This document shows, in pieces, positions 26,197 to 37,039 of a stretch of 64,000 nt of DNA. The stretch lies in the NCBI GenBank assembly GCA_964609925.1, contig CAZSUJ010000004.1, positions 9,534-73,533 on the forward strand, in the 5' to 3' direction. Source of the DNA: an uncultured Chthoniobacter sp. Its GTDB lineage: Bacteria > Verrucomicrobiota > Verrucomicrobiia > Chthoniobacterales > JACTMZ01. Each line of letters opens with the position of its first letter. Position 1 is the first letter of the stretch. A program made the translations under genes and the position numbers. The notes below the pieces were generated by a model. That model was given only the letters and a program-made list of their open reading frames with translations. It was not told the DNA's origin and did not search any database.

Positions 26197-27684
26197 ATGA
26201 AACGAAGAGACTTTCTCAAAACAGCCGGGGCCACAGCCCTTGGAGTGGTGGCTGGCGGTCACCTGTTCGGCCAGATGAATCCCGTGACCACGCGCCGGAA
26301 AAACGTCATTTTCGTGATGACCGACCAATGGCGATACCACGCGCAAGGCCTCGCCAAGTCGGATCCGGTCCAAACACCGGAGATCGACCGATTCGCGGCG
26401 AAGAGCTTTACCTTTCACAACGCGATCGCGAGCACGCCGGTCTGCTGTCCAAACCGCGCCTGCTGGCTGACCGGCCGATACCACCAGAACCATGGTGTGA
26501 TGAAGAATGAGGATACGGCCGTCCGCCCGGAGCAGATCCTCGTCAGCAATTTCAAGCGCGACGGTTATGCAACGGCCTATATCGGCAAATGGCATCTGAG
26601 CGGAAGGTTTCCCAAGGCCCAGCCCACGCCCGAGGAGGAAAGGAAGGACTTTGATTTCTGGTATCGGGTGAAGACCCACTCCCACTTCCTGCTCGAATAC
26701 GACGATCACGGCAAAATGGTCAACTTGGGCCCGGGCTGGCAGCCGTCGCACGAGGTAGACAAGGCCATCGAATTCATGAAGCAGCCGCGGCAAACTCCGT
26801 TCTTCATGGTCTTGTCCTTCGGCCCGCCCCACAACGGGATCTATCCCGGGACAGGTGAGAAGCGGCACACTCCCGGAGATTACTCGCACCGGGCCAACGC
26901 CTATGGTTACTACGCTCCGGCCGAATTCGAGGCGCCCTACGCGAAACTCAAGGAGCAAGACATCCGGGGTAACATCCGCGCCGTTCCGGTGAACGACGGT
27001 CTGGTCCCCGGAGAGACGGAATCCGCCCTCGGCGCTGCGCCCGGCTATTTCGGAGCCTGTTCCGCCTTGGATGCGGATTTCGGCCGCTTGCTTGCCTATC
27101 TCAAATCCTCCGGCCTCGAGGACGACACGATCGTCGTCTTCACCTCCGACCACGGCGAGATGCTGGGATCGCACGGCTTGATGACCAAGGGCGTATGCTT
27201 CGAGGAATCCATCCGCGTGCCACTCTCGATTCATGTTCCCGGCATGGCGGGCGGCGACGAGCGGCGGTTGTTCAACAGCCCCGATGTGCTGCCCACCTTG
27301 ATGGGTTTGACCGGCGTGGAGTGTCGCCAAGCGGGCGTGGATGGCAGCGACCACTCCGCATACCTGATGGGAGATCGTTCCGCCAAGGAGCCCCAGTTGG
27401 CATACATCGGCTACGCCAATTTCCGCGGCTTTCGGACCAAACGCCACACCTACGTGGCCGCGTTGGCAGGGGGCCACATGGGCGGTCGCGAGGCGGCCTA
27501 CGCGCGGCGCACGCTCAATCGGCAGACCGATCACCTCCTGTTTGATTTGGAGAACGACCCACTGCAGTTGCGACCGATCCAGCGCCGGGACGCGCCGCAC
27601 ACCGATGCGCTGATCACCGATTTCCACGACGAACTGCGCAAGCAACTGGCGGCGCGCGGCGAGGTGCTGCCGCCGATTTCTTAA
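26197..27684 (+). CDS. Cys-type sulfatase with twin-arginine (TAT) signal
   Basis: The ATG at 26197 gives MKRRDFLKTAGATALGVVAGG (RRDFLK). Also NVIFVMTDQWRYHAQG, the CCPNRACWLTGRY motif, GKWHLSG and FTSDHGEMLG. It lies 23 nt after the upstream stop. Confidence 0.9.
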   Translation: MKRRDFLKTAGATALGVVAGGHLFGQMNPVTTRRKNVIFVMTDQWRYHAQGLAKSDPVQTPEIDRFAAKSFTFHNAIASTPVCCPNRACWLTGRYHQNHGVMKNEDTAVRPEQILVSNFKRDGYATAYIGKWHLSGRFPKAQPTPEEERKDFDFWYRVKTHSHFLLEYDDHGKMVNLGPGWQPSHEVDKAIEFMKQPRQTPFFMVLSFGPPHNGIYPGTGEKRHTPGDYSHRANAYGYYAPAEFEAPYAKLKEQDIRGNIRAVPVNDGLVPGETESALGAAPGYFGACSALDADFGRLLAYLKSSGLEDDTIVVFTSDHGEMLGSHGLMTKGVCFEESIRVPLSIHVPGMAGGDERRLFNSPDVLPTLMGLTGVECRQAGVDGSDHSAYLMGDRSAKEPQLAYIGYANFRGFRTKRHTYVAALAGGHMGGREAAYARRTLNRQTDHLLFDLENDPLQLRPIQRRDAPHTDALITDFHDELRKQLAARGEVLPPIS

Positions 27685-27690
27685 CGGCTC

Positions 27691-29751
27691 CTATCCTCCG
27701 GTTATGGCGATCTCGGAGGCACCTGTGGCGACGAGGCACTCGAGGAGCCACAAGCCGCGGCCCAGCGACCGCGCTTCGGGCTGGCCAATCGAGCGCGGTT
27801 GCTCGTGATTCGTCCAGAAAAGGAGGGGCCCCTGCTCGATCATGCGGACAACGAGCCGCTCCGGAGTCGCTTCGACCGTTGCGACGGCTGCCGGGCCGAG
27901 GAATTTGTCGGAACGTCCGAATACGGCCCAACCATTCCTGACCCGGGCCAACCAGAACATCTCGTCGCCGAAGGTTGGGATTTCGAAGGACCACGTGTCG
28001 CCCGCTGCCAGCGGTCTCCCCTCGCGGGTGTTCCAGCGGAAGGCGACGACCTGATTGCTCTCCTGGTCAGCCCCCGGCAGAAGCTTCATGGCATCGGCGA
28101 AGTCGCCATGCGTGAGTTCGCCGCGAACCGCGATCTCGGGTGACGTCAGGTTGTAAGCAACGACCACGGCGGCGTCTCGATGGATGGGGGCCAAGGCGCG
28201 AAAGGCGCGGTCGCTGCGATACGAGTCGATAAAGATGCTTTCGGGCGCCGGGAGCGCCGGTTCCGCAGCACGGAGGATGTGGCCGTCGGAAAGGCACAAG
28301 CGTTCCACGAGGTTACGGTCGATGTTGGCGGGCGCATCGGAGAGGTAGATCGGTCCGCCGGAAACGGCCTTGCTGCGCGCCATGATTTCGCCGGCCACGG
28401 GATCGTTCGAGTGGAACATGTCGTGGTCACCCCAGACGGTGCCGCGCATCCAGAGCATGTTGGCGAACGAGTTGTTGAGATGGTGCTTGGCGCGCCACAG
28501 GTCGCCCAGCTTGTAATCCTCGCTGCAGCGCGTCACGGCGCTGCGGCGCGTGTGGAAGTGGCAGAGGTTGTTGTGTGCCATGCAATTGATCATGGCTTCC
28601 ATGCGCGAGGCTGCGGCTTCCTCCAGCGCCTGATGGTTCGACGACGCGGCCGGCACGGCATGCGGGACGCGCCCTTGGTAGAACGTGAGATTCTTCGCCT
28701 GGTTGTCCACCTTGATGAAATCGAATCCCGCGGCCTGCTGGGCGGCGACGAGGGCGTCATAAAACTTGCGCGCGTGCTCGATCCCCGGGCGCGGTTGCAG
28801 GGTGCCGGGAGAAACCTCCACGAGCGCATCGTTGAGGTCGCCGAGTTCGTTCTCAGCCGCGATGCCGCCCCAATAGCCATTGAAGTTGAGCCACACGCCG
28901 AGCCAACGGAACCCGCATTCGCGCGCAGCCTGCACGACCGGTTCCCAGCCGTGCGGGAAATGCGGACGGTAAACGCCGAGGCTGTTCAACCGCCTCTGAT
29001 TCTCTCCCGCGGGGATTTCGGCCTCGTCGCTGGCGGGCGGCTGCGTTCCGGGAGGATAGCCGCCGATTTCATCGAGGTGCCCATCGTCCACCATGACCCA
29101 GCGCACCGGCACACCGGAGGCGGCAATGTCCTGGAAGGCGTGGACGAGAAGATCCTCATTGATCTGCCAGTGGAATTCCTCCCACGAGCACCAGCCGAGG
29201 TATTCGAAGACCTCGGGATAGGTCTTCTCGCGACGCAAGCCAAGACGGGCGGTGACCTCGGGAACGGATGCCGCTTCGTTCCACACCCGGTCCACCGCAT
29301 CGTAAGGATGCTCGGCCACAGCCCATGCGAGCACGGGTGCCGCTGCCGCCTGCAAGCCGTCGGTCCCCCAGTGGTCCACCTCCACCAGCAGTCCCTGCTC
29401 ATCGCCACGCATCCACGCCATGAAGTCACGGGTCACCAGCGGCAGGAGCGCGAGGAAACGCCCGTCGGCCAGACGCGCCATGGCGAACATCCCTCCCCTC
29501 TTCAAGTTTGTGAAACTCTGCACCACCAAAGGGTGGCCTTGGTTGTAGCCCTCCGGCCAGAGGTCCAACGCAGGGTTGATCGCGTTCTTCTGGAACGGGG
29601 CGAAATAGCAGGCCTCCGATATCGGGGGCAGCTCCATGCGGAAAACCGCGAGGGGACCGTCGCCGCGTTGGGCGTCGATGTCCGCACGGATGTGGCCGGC
29701 GTCCTCGGAGCCGACCGGATCAATTCGCATGCGCGGAGGCCCGTGCGTCAC
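27691..29751 (-). CDS. GH36-clan raffinose-synthase/Sip1-like glycosidase or transglycosidase, cytoplasmic
   Basis: Motif series [76 protein letters not shown] matches the Raffinose_syn family pattern. The GTG start at 29751 overlaps the upstream stop (GTGA). An alternative ATG at 29730 gives MRIDPVG. No signal peptide. Confidence 0.75.
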   Translation of the reverse strand: MTHGPPRMRIDPVGSEDAGHIRADIDAQRGDGPLAVFRMELPPISEACYFAPFQKNAINPALDLWPEGYNQGHPLVVQSFTNLKRGGMFAMARLADGRFLALLPLVTRDFMAWMRGDEQGLLVEVDHWGTDGLQAAAAPVLAWAVAEHPYDAVDRVWNEAASVPEVTARLGLRREKTYPEVFEYLGWCSWEEFHWQINEDLLVHAFQDIAASGVPVRWVMVDDGHLDEIGGYPPGTQPPASDEAEIPAGENQRRLNSLGVYRPHFPHGWEPVVQAARECGFRWLGVWLNFNGYWGGIAAENELGDLNDALVEVSPGTLQPRPGIEHARKFYDALVAAQQAAGFDFIKVDNQAKNLTFYQGRVPHAVPAASSNHQALEEAAASRMEAMINCMAHNNLCHFHTRRSAVTRCSEDYKLGDLWRAKHHLNNSFANMLWMRGTVWGDHDMFHSNDPVAGEIMARSKAVSGGPIYLSDAPANIDRNLVERLCLSDGHILRAAEPALPAPESIFIDSYRSDRAFRALAPIHRDAAVVVAYNLTSPEIAVRGELTHGDFADAMKLLPGADQESNQVVAFRWNTREGRPLAAGDTWSFEIPTFGDEMFWLARVRNGWAVFGRSDKFLGPAAVATVEATPERLVVRMIEQGPLLFWTNHEQPRSIGQPEARSLGRGLWLLECLVATGASEIAITGG

Positions 29752-31253
29752 TCGAGTGGTTCCGGTTCAAAATCAGTCGGGTTCACCCAGCCGGAATCGG
29801 GCGTCTCCCCGCTCATGAACCGTTCGTAAAAATTCCTCGAATCCCCGGCATACGGCTCGGCTTCGAAAACGTCGCCCTGCCCGAACATCCGCGGATCACC
29901 CTGGCGTTTGAGTTCCTCGACAAGTTGGCGATGCATCTCGTCTTTGCGGACTTGGTGCTCGGGAGACGCCGCAAGGTTGTTCAAGCAGTCCGGGTCCTCC
30001 TCGAGATGGAAAAGCTCCTCGGCGGGATGTTTGCCGAAGCAAAGCGCCCAGTGGCGATCTCCCGGATCTTTGCGCCGCGCCTCTAGGATCACAGACTTCG
30101 TCGGGCTGCCATCGGTGTTCATGTAGCCGGTCTCAGGATTGCAGGACGGCCAACGCGCCGGCTCGAAGTTGCAGGAATAAAGCCAGCCGTGCTTGATGAG
30201 GCTCCGGATCGGATAACCTTCGTCACGCGGCCGGCCGACATCGTGCCGCTCCTGGCCAAGCAGGATGCGGCTTCGCGAGGCATGGGGCTTCTCCGCCGAG
30301 AATAAATCCGAGAGACTCACGCCGGCCGCGGGAGCCATTCCGGTCTCCTGCCAGCGGAGGCCGGCGACCTCGATGAACGTCGGTGCAAGATCGACCAGGC
30401 TGACATAATCGTCCACCACGCGCCCCGGAGCCTTGATCCCGCGTTTCCACATGGCAGCCAGCGGGACGTGGTTGGCGCCTTCGTAGAGGTTGCCCTTGCG
30501 GCGGGGAAAAGGCATCCCGTTGTCCGAGGTCACAACCACCAGTGTGTTCTCCAACTGGCCCCGCTTTTCCAACTCCTCCAACATCCGCCCGAGATGGCGG
30601 TCGAGGTGTTCAACCTCCAGGCTGTAGTCGAGCATGTCGTTGCGCACGGTTTCCACATCGGGCCAATAGGCCGGCACGCGGTCGATTTCGTCCGGGCTTT
30701 TCCCCCCCACCCTCACGCCGCTCCCGTATTCGTAATCGCGGTGCGGCTCGCGGCAGCCGAACCAGAAGCACCAAGGCTGCGCCTCCGGCGCCGCATCCAG
30801 AAAATCGCCGAAGTTCGCCGCATAGTCGTTGCTGTCGATGCCGGTGGTCGGTGGCGGCGACGTGTGCTTGTTGAACGGCCTGCCGGTCAGCCTGCGCTCT
30901 CCGCCGTCCGCGTCCAGCGCCACGCCCGGCGCCCATCCTTTGGCGGTGAAACCGATGAAATAGCCATGGGCGGCCAACGCCTCGGGATAGGTGATGAACT
31001 CCAAGGGAAAATACGCGTTGTGATTGCACGCCGCCTTGAGTTGCCACGGGTTACGGCCGGTAAGCATGCTGGCCCGGGACGGGGCGCACTTGGCGTTCGG
31101 AGTGTAGGCGTTGGCGAAGAGGATCCCTTCACGCGCAACCCTGTCGAAAGCTGGCGTGCGAACCCACGCACAGCCGTGGCACGAGGCGTGCGGGTGGCTC
31201 CAGTCGTCGGCCACAACCAGAAGGATGTTGGGTCTGTCGGTCTTCCGGTTCAC
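29748..31253 (-). CDS. Cys-type sulfatase without signal peptide (predicted cytoplasmic)
   Basis: [24 protein letters not shown] starts directly with the catalytic core. Also [13 protein letters not shown] and [10 protein letters not shown]. Confidence 0.85.
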   Translation of the reverse strand: MNRKTDRPNILLVVADDWSHPHASCHGCAWVRTPAFDRVAREGILFANAYTPNAKCAPSRASMLTGRNPWQLKAACNHNAYFPLEFITYPEALAAHGYFIGFTAKGWAPGVALDADGGERRLTGRPFNKHTSPPPTTGIDSNDYAANFGDFLDAAPEAQPWCFWFGCREPHRDYEYGSGVRVGGKSPDEIDRVPAYWPDVETVRNDMLDYSLEVEHLDRHLGRMLEELEKRGQLENTLVVVTSDNGMPFPRRKGNLYEGANHVPLAAMWKRGIKAPGRVVDDYVSLVDLAPTFIEVAGLRWQETGMAPAAGVSLSDLFSAEKPHASRSRILLGQERHDVGRPRDEGYPIRSLIKHGWLYSCNFEPARWPSCNPETGYMNTDGSPTKSVILEARRKDPGDRHWALCFGKHPAEELFHLEEDPDCLNNLAASPEHQVRKDEMHRQLVEELKRQGDPRMFGQGDVFEAEPYAGDSRNFYERFMSGETPDSGWVNPTDFEPEPLE

Positions 31254-31291
31254 TTCCTGTTACCCAGTGAAATGTTCCCCATTCCTGGCCC

Positions 31292-32323
31292 TCATGGAAT
31301 GATGAACTCCTCTCCGATCAGCCCGGCGATGTTGTCGTGGTGGGTGCGCATCTCTGCAACCAAGTCCTCGCCGGGCCATTCGTAGTGTCCGGTGAGGAAG
31401 ACCGAGGTGCGCTTGGGCCCCGGATGGGCATTGGCCACGGCGAATTGACCGGGCGGAGTCACCGCCGGGTCGAACAAAGCGCATGCGAAGACCACGGGAA
31501 TCCGGAGACGGCGGGCGGCCGTGGCTGCATCGAAGAACGCCAGCGTGCGGAGGATGGAATGGTCTTTGAGGTAGCGCTGACGCACCGCATTCGAACTCCC
31601 GACAGAGGGCTGTTGCAGGCGGATGGGATGGTGACCGAACGTCGGTTGCCCCAACTCGGCACTCTGGACCCTTTGCATCCACGGCAACGCGAGCGCCCCG
31701 ATGCCGCCACCGAAACTCCAACCAAAGTAATGCCAGCGATCCAACCGGCGCCTCAGCATCTCCTCAGCCGCTTCGGGCGCGCGCCAAATGGCGGCGGCAC
31801 AGAGCCCGAGCACGTAGGTTTCCGGCGATTCAATCCCGTGAACGACATGGCGGCCTGCATCATTCAAGGGCAGGCGAGGGTCGGCGGAAATATGAAACCC
31901 AGGAGCCACAGGCAGAATCACCGCGAATCCCGGACGGAAAAAGCGCGCTTCGACACCTGTCCGTCCATCGTAGCCGTGGGAGGCGACGATCCCCGCGCGG
32001 ATGGTGCGCTCGTCCTCCGGAGTCGCCAGCCACGCCGACGCACGGAAATCGCAGCCAATGTTGTAGCCCACCCGCCGGAGACGGAAGCCGGGGATCGCGG
32101 GAAAGTCCCCGCCCACGTCGAGATGCAGCGGTTCGGCGGCCGTGCAATCATGCAGTGTGCCCCAGAAATCCTCGAATCCCGGCGACTCCGTATCGGGTGC
32201 GGCCATTCGCCGGAGCGCTGCGGCATCGTAGCCGTGCGTGGGATCAAAGGGGAAGGAGTGGGCGATCCGCCCTGCATCTTGCGCGTCCTCGGCGCCAGCG
32301 GGGCGGACGGCGCATGCTTGCAT
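31292..32323 (-). CDS. CE7/acetyl-xylan-esterase-like alpha/beta hydrolase, cytoplasmic
   Basis: The ATG at 32323 gives MQACAVRP... The AXE1-type N-terminus is FDPTHGYDAAALRRMAAPDTESPGFEDFWGTLHDCTAAEP. The nucleophile elbow is GWSFGGG. The upstream part of ORF 31292..32608 overlaps the sulfatase gene and is discarded. There is a 2-nt gap to the upstream stop. Confidence 0.6.
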   Translation of the reverse strand: MQACAVRPAGAEDAQDAGRIAHSFPFDPTHGYDAAALRRMAAPDTESPGFEDFWGTLHDCTAAEPLHLDVGGDFPAIPGFRLRRVGYNIGCDFRASAWLATPEDERTIRAGIVASHGYDGRTGVEARFFRPGFAVILPVAPGFHISADPRLPLNDAGRHVVHGIESPETYVLGLCAAAIWRAPEAAEEMLRRRLDRWHYFGWSFGGGIGALALPWMQRVQSAELGQPTFGHHPIRLQQPSVGSSNAVRQRYLKDHSILRTLAFFDAATAARRLRIPVVFACALFDPAVTPPGQFAVANAHPGPKRTSVFLTGHYEWPGEDLVAEMRTHHDNIAGLIGEEFIIP

Positions 32324-32325
32324 GA

Positions 32326-33846
32326 TCAAGCGTTGGCGATGCGCGGCATGCGCATGGGCTCCTCGCGCAAGATGGTCTGCAGGAAGCGGTGCATCATTTC
32401 GGACTTCAGAGCGGCGGCGCCCGGTTCGTGCCAGAGATTGCGTGTTTCGCCGGGGTCGTTTGCAAGGTCGAACAACTCGCCGTCCGCACCATCCCGATAG
32501 ACGGTGATTTTGTGCGTTGGCGTGACGAGGGTCCGCATGTGGAAGGTCTCCGTGCCGTGGTGGTTTTCCACGATCGTCTCCGCGCGGACAGGTCCACCCC
32601 CAGCCCACGAATCGAGTTGGCTGTGTCCCGTCATGGATCCGGGGATTTCAAGTCCCGCCGCGGCGAGGAATGTCGGTGCGAGGTCCACAAGGTTCTGCAG
32701 ATCGGTGCTGGCCGCCCCGGCCGGAACCCGCCCCGGCCAGCGCACGAGGAAAGGCACACGCAGGATGTCCTCATACATGTGGATGGCTTTGGCCGTGAGC
32801 CCATGCTGCCCGAGGAAATGCCCGTGATCACTGGTGAAGACGACGATTGTGTTCTCCGCTTGGCCAGACTCTTCGAGGGCGTCGAGGATGCGACCAATCT
32901 CGCGGTCCATGAGGCTAGTCATACCGTAATAGCATGCCATGTCGGCGCGCAGCGTCGCGGCGTCGCGCGCCTGGAATCCGCCGCCGTGGATGGCCTCGCC
33001 GCGGGCGGCCTGACGCCAGAAGTCCGGGTCGCGCTCGACAGCAGCCTTGCGGAAATGCACGGGGTTCTTGTCATGCTCGCCGGGAACCATCGTGCCCGGC
33101 TCCATGGAGTCCGGGGCATACATTGAGGCCCACGGTTCCGGCACAAGGTAAGGCGGATGCGGGTCGTGGAAGCTCGACCAGATGAAGAACGGGCGCTCGC
33201 CCGCGGACTCCATCGCGGCGATGGTGCGGTCGGCCGTCCACACGGAGTAATGGAACTCTTCCGGCAAATCCCACGTCCGCGAGCGGTAGATGCGGTCCTT
33301 CTTGGCCGCGTCGGGCGGCCAGTCCTCGAAGTAGTCGCGCCAGTTCTTCAACCCTTTCTCCTCCATCCACAAGGCGTAGTGCCCCCCTGCGTGGGCCTCG
33401 GCCGTGTGCATCCGCGCGGTTTCGACGTGCTCGAAGCCATACCACGGGCCGTGAAAGCTGCGCCAGAAGTCAAGGTCGCGCAGGAGTGGCTGGCACTCGA
33501 TGGATTCCATGCCCGGGCGCGAGGCCAGGGGTTGGAAATGGGCCTTGCCCACCAGCGTGGTCGCATACCCTGCTCCGCCGAGCATGGGACCGATGGTCGG
33601 GACATCCTCGAAAAGCCTCGTTCCGAGGGTCCAAGCCCCGTGCTCGGAGGGCATCATGCCGGTCAGGATGCTGGCGCGACTGGGCGTGCAGGTCGGATTC
33701 GGACAGTAAGCCCGGTCAAACCTCGTGCCTCCGGCCCCCAACGAATCGAGGGCCGGTGTGGAGATGCTCGAATTCACTGCTCCGAGAGCGGACCAATGCT
33801 GCTGGTCCGAAGTTATAAGCAGGATGTTGGGGCGTGTGTTTGTCAT
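32326..33846 (-). CDS. Cys-type sulfatase without signal peptide (predicted cytoplasmic)
   Basis: The ATG at 33846 gives MTNTRPNILLITSDQQHWSALG. Also CTPSRASILTGM and VFTSDHGHFLGQHGL. Confidence 0.85.
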   Translation of the reverse strand: MTNTRPNILLITSDQQHWSALGAVNSSISTPALDSLGAGGTRFDRAYCPNPTCTPSRASILTGMMPSEHGAWTLGTRLFEDVPTIGPMLGGAGYATTLVGKAHFQPLASRPGMESIECQPLLRDLDFWRSFHGPWYGFEHVETARMHTAEAHAGGHYALWMEEKGLKNWRDYFEDWPPDAAKKDRIYRSRTWDLPEEFHYSVWTADRTIAAMESAGERPFFIWSSFHDPHPPYLVPEPWASMYAPDSMEPGTMVPGEHDKNPVHFRKAAVERDPDFWRQAARGEAIHGGGFQARDAATLRADMACYYGMTSLMDREIGRILDALEESGQAENTIVVFTSDHGHFLGQHGLTAKAIHMYEDILRVPFLVRWPGRVPAGAASTDLQNLVDLAPTFLAAAGLEIPGSMTGHSQLDSWAGGGPVRAETIVENHHGTETFHMRTLVTPTHKITVYRDGADGELFDLANDPGETRNLWHEPGAAALKSEMMHRFLQTILREEPMRMPRIANA

Positions 33847-33948
33847 GAAGCTCCGCGGCCGCAGGATTGGGCGGTGCGGTCCAGCCCCCTCAACGATCCC
33901 TCCGAGGGAGCGAGGCAGGACCGGGCCACTTACCCCCAAAGGCTCTAT

Positions 33949-36900
33949 TCATGGCACAACCGCGTCCACATCGAAGAAGCTGCGGTTGGTGGCCGGCACG
34001 GCGAACGCCTTGCGGGTGTAGTCGTTGGTCTGCGAAATCCCGCTCTGGTCGGCCGAGTTGGCCACAGTCACCGCCGCGTTGGTCCAAGGACCGGCGGAAA
34101 GGTTGGTCGTTGCATTCACGGAGTAGGCCACGCCAGTGTTCCTCTCGACCCAGCTGACCTCGGCGTTAGCTCCACTCTTCGTGGCACTCAGCAGGGCGGG
34201 CGAGCCCACAGCCGGGTTGCCGTCGAAGGAGAACTCCTCACCGTTGTCGAACCCGTCGCCATCCGGATCAGCCGCGGGCGCGGTATTCGTGAAGCCGGGA
34301 TAGGTGCCCTGCCAGAACGAAACCCACGAGTCGTAGGCGTTGGTCCCGCCAGACTGCACGGTGAGGACGCCCGTGGATTGGGCGAACACGTAGGTGGCCC
34401 CGTTGGTCGTGTTCGTCCAATTGCCGCCGGCGCCGCTGAAGCCATTGACGAGGAAATTCGTCCCGTAGTTCGCGACGACGTTGGTCCCCACGATGGTCCA
34501 ACTGTCGCCGCTGTTGGTCGAGGCGGCGGACAGGTCGAACTGGAAGTCGCCGTTCGCATTGAGCGTTCCGGTGCCGCTCACCCGGTTGTTCGTGCCGTTG
34601 CCGCCGACCGTGAAGGTGAGCAAGGCGTCTTCCGCCAGTGTGACCGCCCCGTCGGTGATGGTGGTGTTGCCGGCATGTGTGTTGGTGCCACGCAGCTCGA
34701 GCGTGCCGCCGGAGGTCTTGTTGAGGCCGCCGCCGCCGGTAAGGCCTTGGTTGATTTGCAGCGTGCCCGTGCCGTTGGTCTCGACGCGCACCGTGGCGGT
34801 GCCACCGGAGATCATGATCGACCCGCCGAGCACGTTGCGGCTGGTCGCCGTGGTCGTGGCCAAGGTCGCCCCGCCTGCGAGAGTGATGTTCTCGTTGTTG
34901 GTGAGGGCGTTGGTGGTGTTGTTGAAGAACGTCAGCGTGGCGTTCGAGGCGACCAAGGTGCCGAAGGCGCTGTCGCCCAGCGATCCAGCATTGTTCACGG
35001 AGGTCAGTGTGCCTTGGTCGACGTTGATCTGCCCCACGATCACGGTGCCCGGATTGATCGCCACGACGTTGGTGCCGGTCTTGGTCAGTGTGTTGGTTCC
35101 ACCGTTGACCAAGGTGCCGCTGCCTATGATGTCAATGCGGGCCGTTCCGCCTACGGAAGCATCGGAGGCCAGAGCGAGGCGCAGTCGTGTAGCGGTGGAC
35201 GTGCTGTTGTTCACCACTGCCCCCGCCCCGCCCGGGCCGTTGCCCGCGATGGTGACAACGCGCTCGGTGTTGTTCTGGCCGTTGAGGTCGAGCGTCGCGC
35301 CGCTGGCGACGGTGACGGCGTTTGATGTGCTGCCGAGAGAGTTGGAATTCGCAAGGCGCAGTGCACCGGAAGAGACGGTGGTGTTGCCTGTGTAGCCGTT
35401 TACCGCCGAAAGCGTGAGCGTGCCCACGCCGTCCTTCACGAGGGCGCCCGTGCCGGTGATCACCCCGGTGAAGTCGGCGTTGGTCGCCTGGTCGAGGTAG
35501 AAAACGCCATTGTTGGTGACGTCCCCGCCGAAGCTTTCGAGGGTGGTGCGGAGCGTGCCGCCGGAAATCGTCGTTGGCGAGGTCAGCGAATTCGAGCCGG
35601 CGAGGACCAGCGTCCCGGCGCCAGCTTTGGTCAATGCGCCGTTGGTCAGGCCGCCGTTGACGATCGCGGTGGCGGCGTTGACGGCGATCGTGCGGTTGCT
35701 GCCACCGAGATCCAGGCTGTTGGCGAACGTGAGCGTGCTGTTCGCCGTGGCGGCGTTGAGCACGAGAGTTGATGAGCCTTGGAGGAAGTTCGTTTGTCCC
35801 CATGTAAGCGCTGTCGGGCTGGAGGTGCCGCCAAGGGCCACGGTGATCGGGGCGCCGAAGGCGCTGAATCCAATGTTGGCGCTGGTCGAGTTGGTGTAGC
35901 CCACGCTGATAAGGCCAGCCCCGTCTCCAATCGAGCGGGTGATGCTCGCGCCACTTTCGAAGATGCCGCCGATAACACCACCGTTACCGAGCCGCAAAGT
36001 CGAATTGGTGGCGATGTTGACTCCATCGTTGGCCCGCAGCGTGCCCTGAGCAGTTATGATACCGTTGCTGTTGGTGTGGCTGACAGTTCCGTTGAGCACC
36101 GTGAGGGCGCCACCGGTGCCGACGAACAATGTCTGGCTCGAGACATTGAAAACGATCTTGCCATTGACAATGACCGTGCCGGCGCCATCGCCTGTCAAAC
36201 TGCCAATGCGGCCAAAGTTGCGGATCCAAAGATCGCCGTTGACGGTGGCGGAGGAGTTTGTGTTCCCGTTGTAAAGATACACGTTGCCGCCAAGACCGAT
36301 GTTGTTGGTCACGGTATTGCCGTTGAGGTCAAGGAACGCAGTATTCGTTCCGGGGTTGTTTGTTCCGACTGCGATGTTGCCCGCTCCTGCCGCCGTGCCG
36401 GAACCAAGGACCAAGCGACCGCTTTCGACCACCGTGGCGAACAACGGGATGCCGAAATTGGACTGCGTCAGATAATTGCTGATTGAACCCGTGTAACCGT
36501 TGGAGGAGTTGCTGAGAATCAGACGTCCGGGGCCGGCCTTGACCAAGCCGGCAGTGCCAAAGACCTGCGCGTCGAGGGTCACGCTTTTGTTCGTGCCCAA
36601 GGTGTTGACCGTGACGATCGGACTCGAGCCGGCCAAAGTCAGGGTGTTGTTGGTGTTGCCCCCGTTTCCGAGCGTCCAACCGGCGGCGGTGTTTGTCGCG
36701 GTGTCGCCAAAGACGAGGTTCCCGATCGTGACCGGGGCATTCAAGGTGACGGTGGAATCGTTCGTGATGTCGAGCGTGCTGAAGTTGGCCGTGTTGTTGC
36801 TGCCGCCGCCAATGACGCTGGCTTGCCAGTTCGCCGCCGTTTGCCAACTCCCGCTGGCACTACCGGCGGTGATGTTGGTCCAAGTCGCGGTGGTTTGCGC

Positions 36901-36954
36901 GAATGCGGTGGCTGCGAGGGAGAGGATCGTTGCTGCGGGGAGGAGGAGTTTCAT
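33949..36954 (-). CDS. PATR (autotransporter-associated beta-strand repeat) surface protein without barrel, ending in the TSP3-like module
   Basis: Signal MKLLLPAATILSLAATAFA. PATR head TWTNITAGSASGSWQTAANWQ...IGNLVFGD. About 800 aa of G/T/N-rich repeats containing LTKAGAGTLVL-type units. The tail is ADPDGDGFDNGEEF...RSFFDVDAVVP. Confidence 0.8.
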   Translation of the reverse strand: MKLLLPAATILSLAATAFAQTTATWTNITAGSASGSWQTAANWQASVIGGGSNNTANFSTLDITNDSTVTLNAPVTIGNLVFGDTATNTAAGWTLGNGGNTNNTLTLAGSSPIVTVNTLGTNKSVTLDAQVFGTAGLVKAGPGRLILSNSSNGYTGSISNYLTQSNFGIPLFATVVESGRLVLGSGTAAGAGNIAVGTNNPGTNTAFLDLNGNTVTNNIGLGGNVYLYNGNTNSSATVNGDLWIRNFGRIGSLTGDGAGTVIVNGKIVFNVSSQTLFVGTGGALTVLNGTVSHTNSNGIITAQGTLRANDGVNIATNSTLRLGNGGVIGGIFESGASITRSIGDGAGLISVGYTNSTSANIGFSAFGAPITVALGGTSSPTALTWGQTNFLQGSSTLVLNAATANSTLTFANSLDLGGSNRTIAVNAATAIVNGGLTNGALTKAGAGTLVLAGSNSLTSPTTISGGTLRTTLESFGGDVTNNGVFYLDQATNADFTGVITGTGALVKDGVGTLTLSAVNGYTGNTTVSSGALRLANSNSLGSTSNAVTVASGATLDLNGQNNTERVVTIAGNGPGGAGAVVNNSTSTATRLRLALASDASVGGTARIDIIGSGTLVNGGTNTLTKTGTNVVAINPGTVIVGQINVDQGTLTSVNNAGSLGDSAFGTLVASNATLTFFNNTTNALTNNENITLAGGATLATTTATSRNVLGGSIMISGGTATVRVETNGTGTLQINQGLTGGGGLNKTSGGTLELRGTNTHAGNTTITDGAVTLAEDALLTFTVGGNGTNNRVSGTGTLNANGDFQFDLSAASTNSGDSWTIVGTNVVANYGTNFLVNGFSGAGGNWTNTTNGATYVFAQSTGVLTVQSGGTNAYDSWVSFWQGTYPGFTNTAPAADPDGDGFDNGEEFSFDGNPAVGSPALLSATKSGANAEVSWVERNTGVAYSVNATTNLSAGPWTNAAVTVANSADQSGISQTNDYTRKAFAVPATNRSFFDVDAVVP
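33952..34344 (-). other. Copy D of the recurrent TSP3-like + beta-rich module (C-terminal)
   Basis: TNAYDSWVSFWQG...ADPDGDGFDNGEEFSFDGNP...LSAGPWTNA...RSFFDVDAVVP-stop. Confidence 0.6.
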
Positions 36955-36977
36955 GGAGATGGAGGGTTCAGGATTTC

Positions 36978-37010
36978 ATATCGACATGTTCTATCTGAAT
37001 TTATCAATAC
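36978..37010. promoter_or_regulatory. Operator/promoter-like inverted repeat upstream of the PATR gene
   Basis: ATATCGAC (36978-36985) - 17 nt - ATCAATAC (37003-37010) inside an AT-rich 85-nt gap. It resembles the perfect repeat at 49593-49624, matching 6/8 and 7/8 per half-site. Confidence 0.35.
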
Positions 37011-37039
37011 TATTTTGCGATGTGGCGTTTTTCAACTGT

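Noticed and set aside
33157-35325. 722-codon plus-strand ORF, with similar long ORFs at 36500..38296, 38139..39905, 59341..61221, 19355..21064, 28180..29829, 23009..24439 (-) and 24587..25801 (-)
   Set aside because: All lie antisense to genes with clear family motifs. Their translations are Arg/Gly/Ala/Asp-rich with no recognisable domains. Such stop-free antisense frames are expected in GC-rich DNA.
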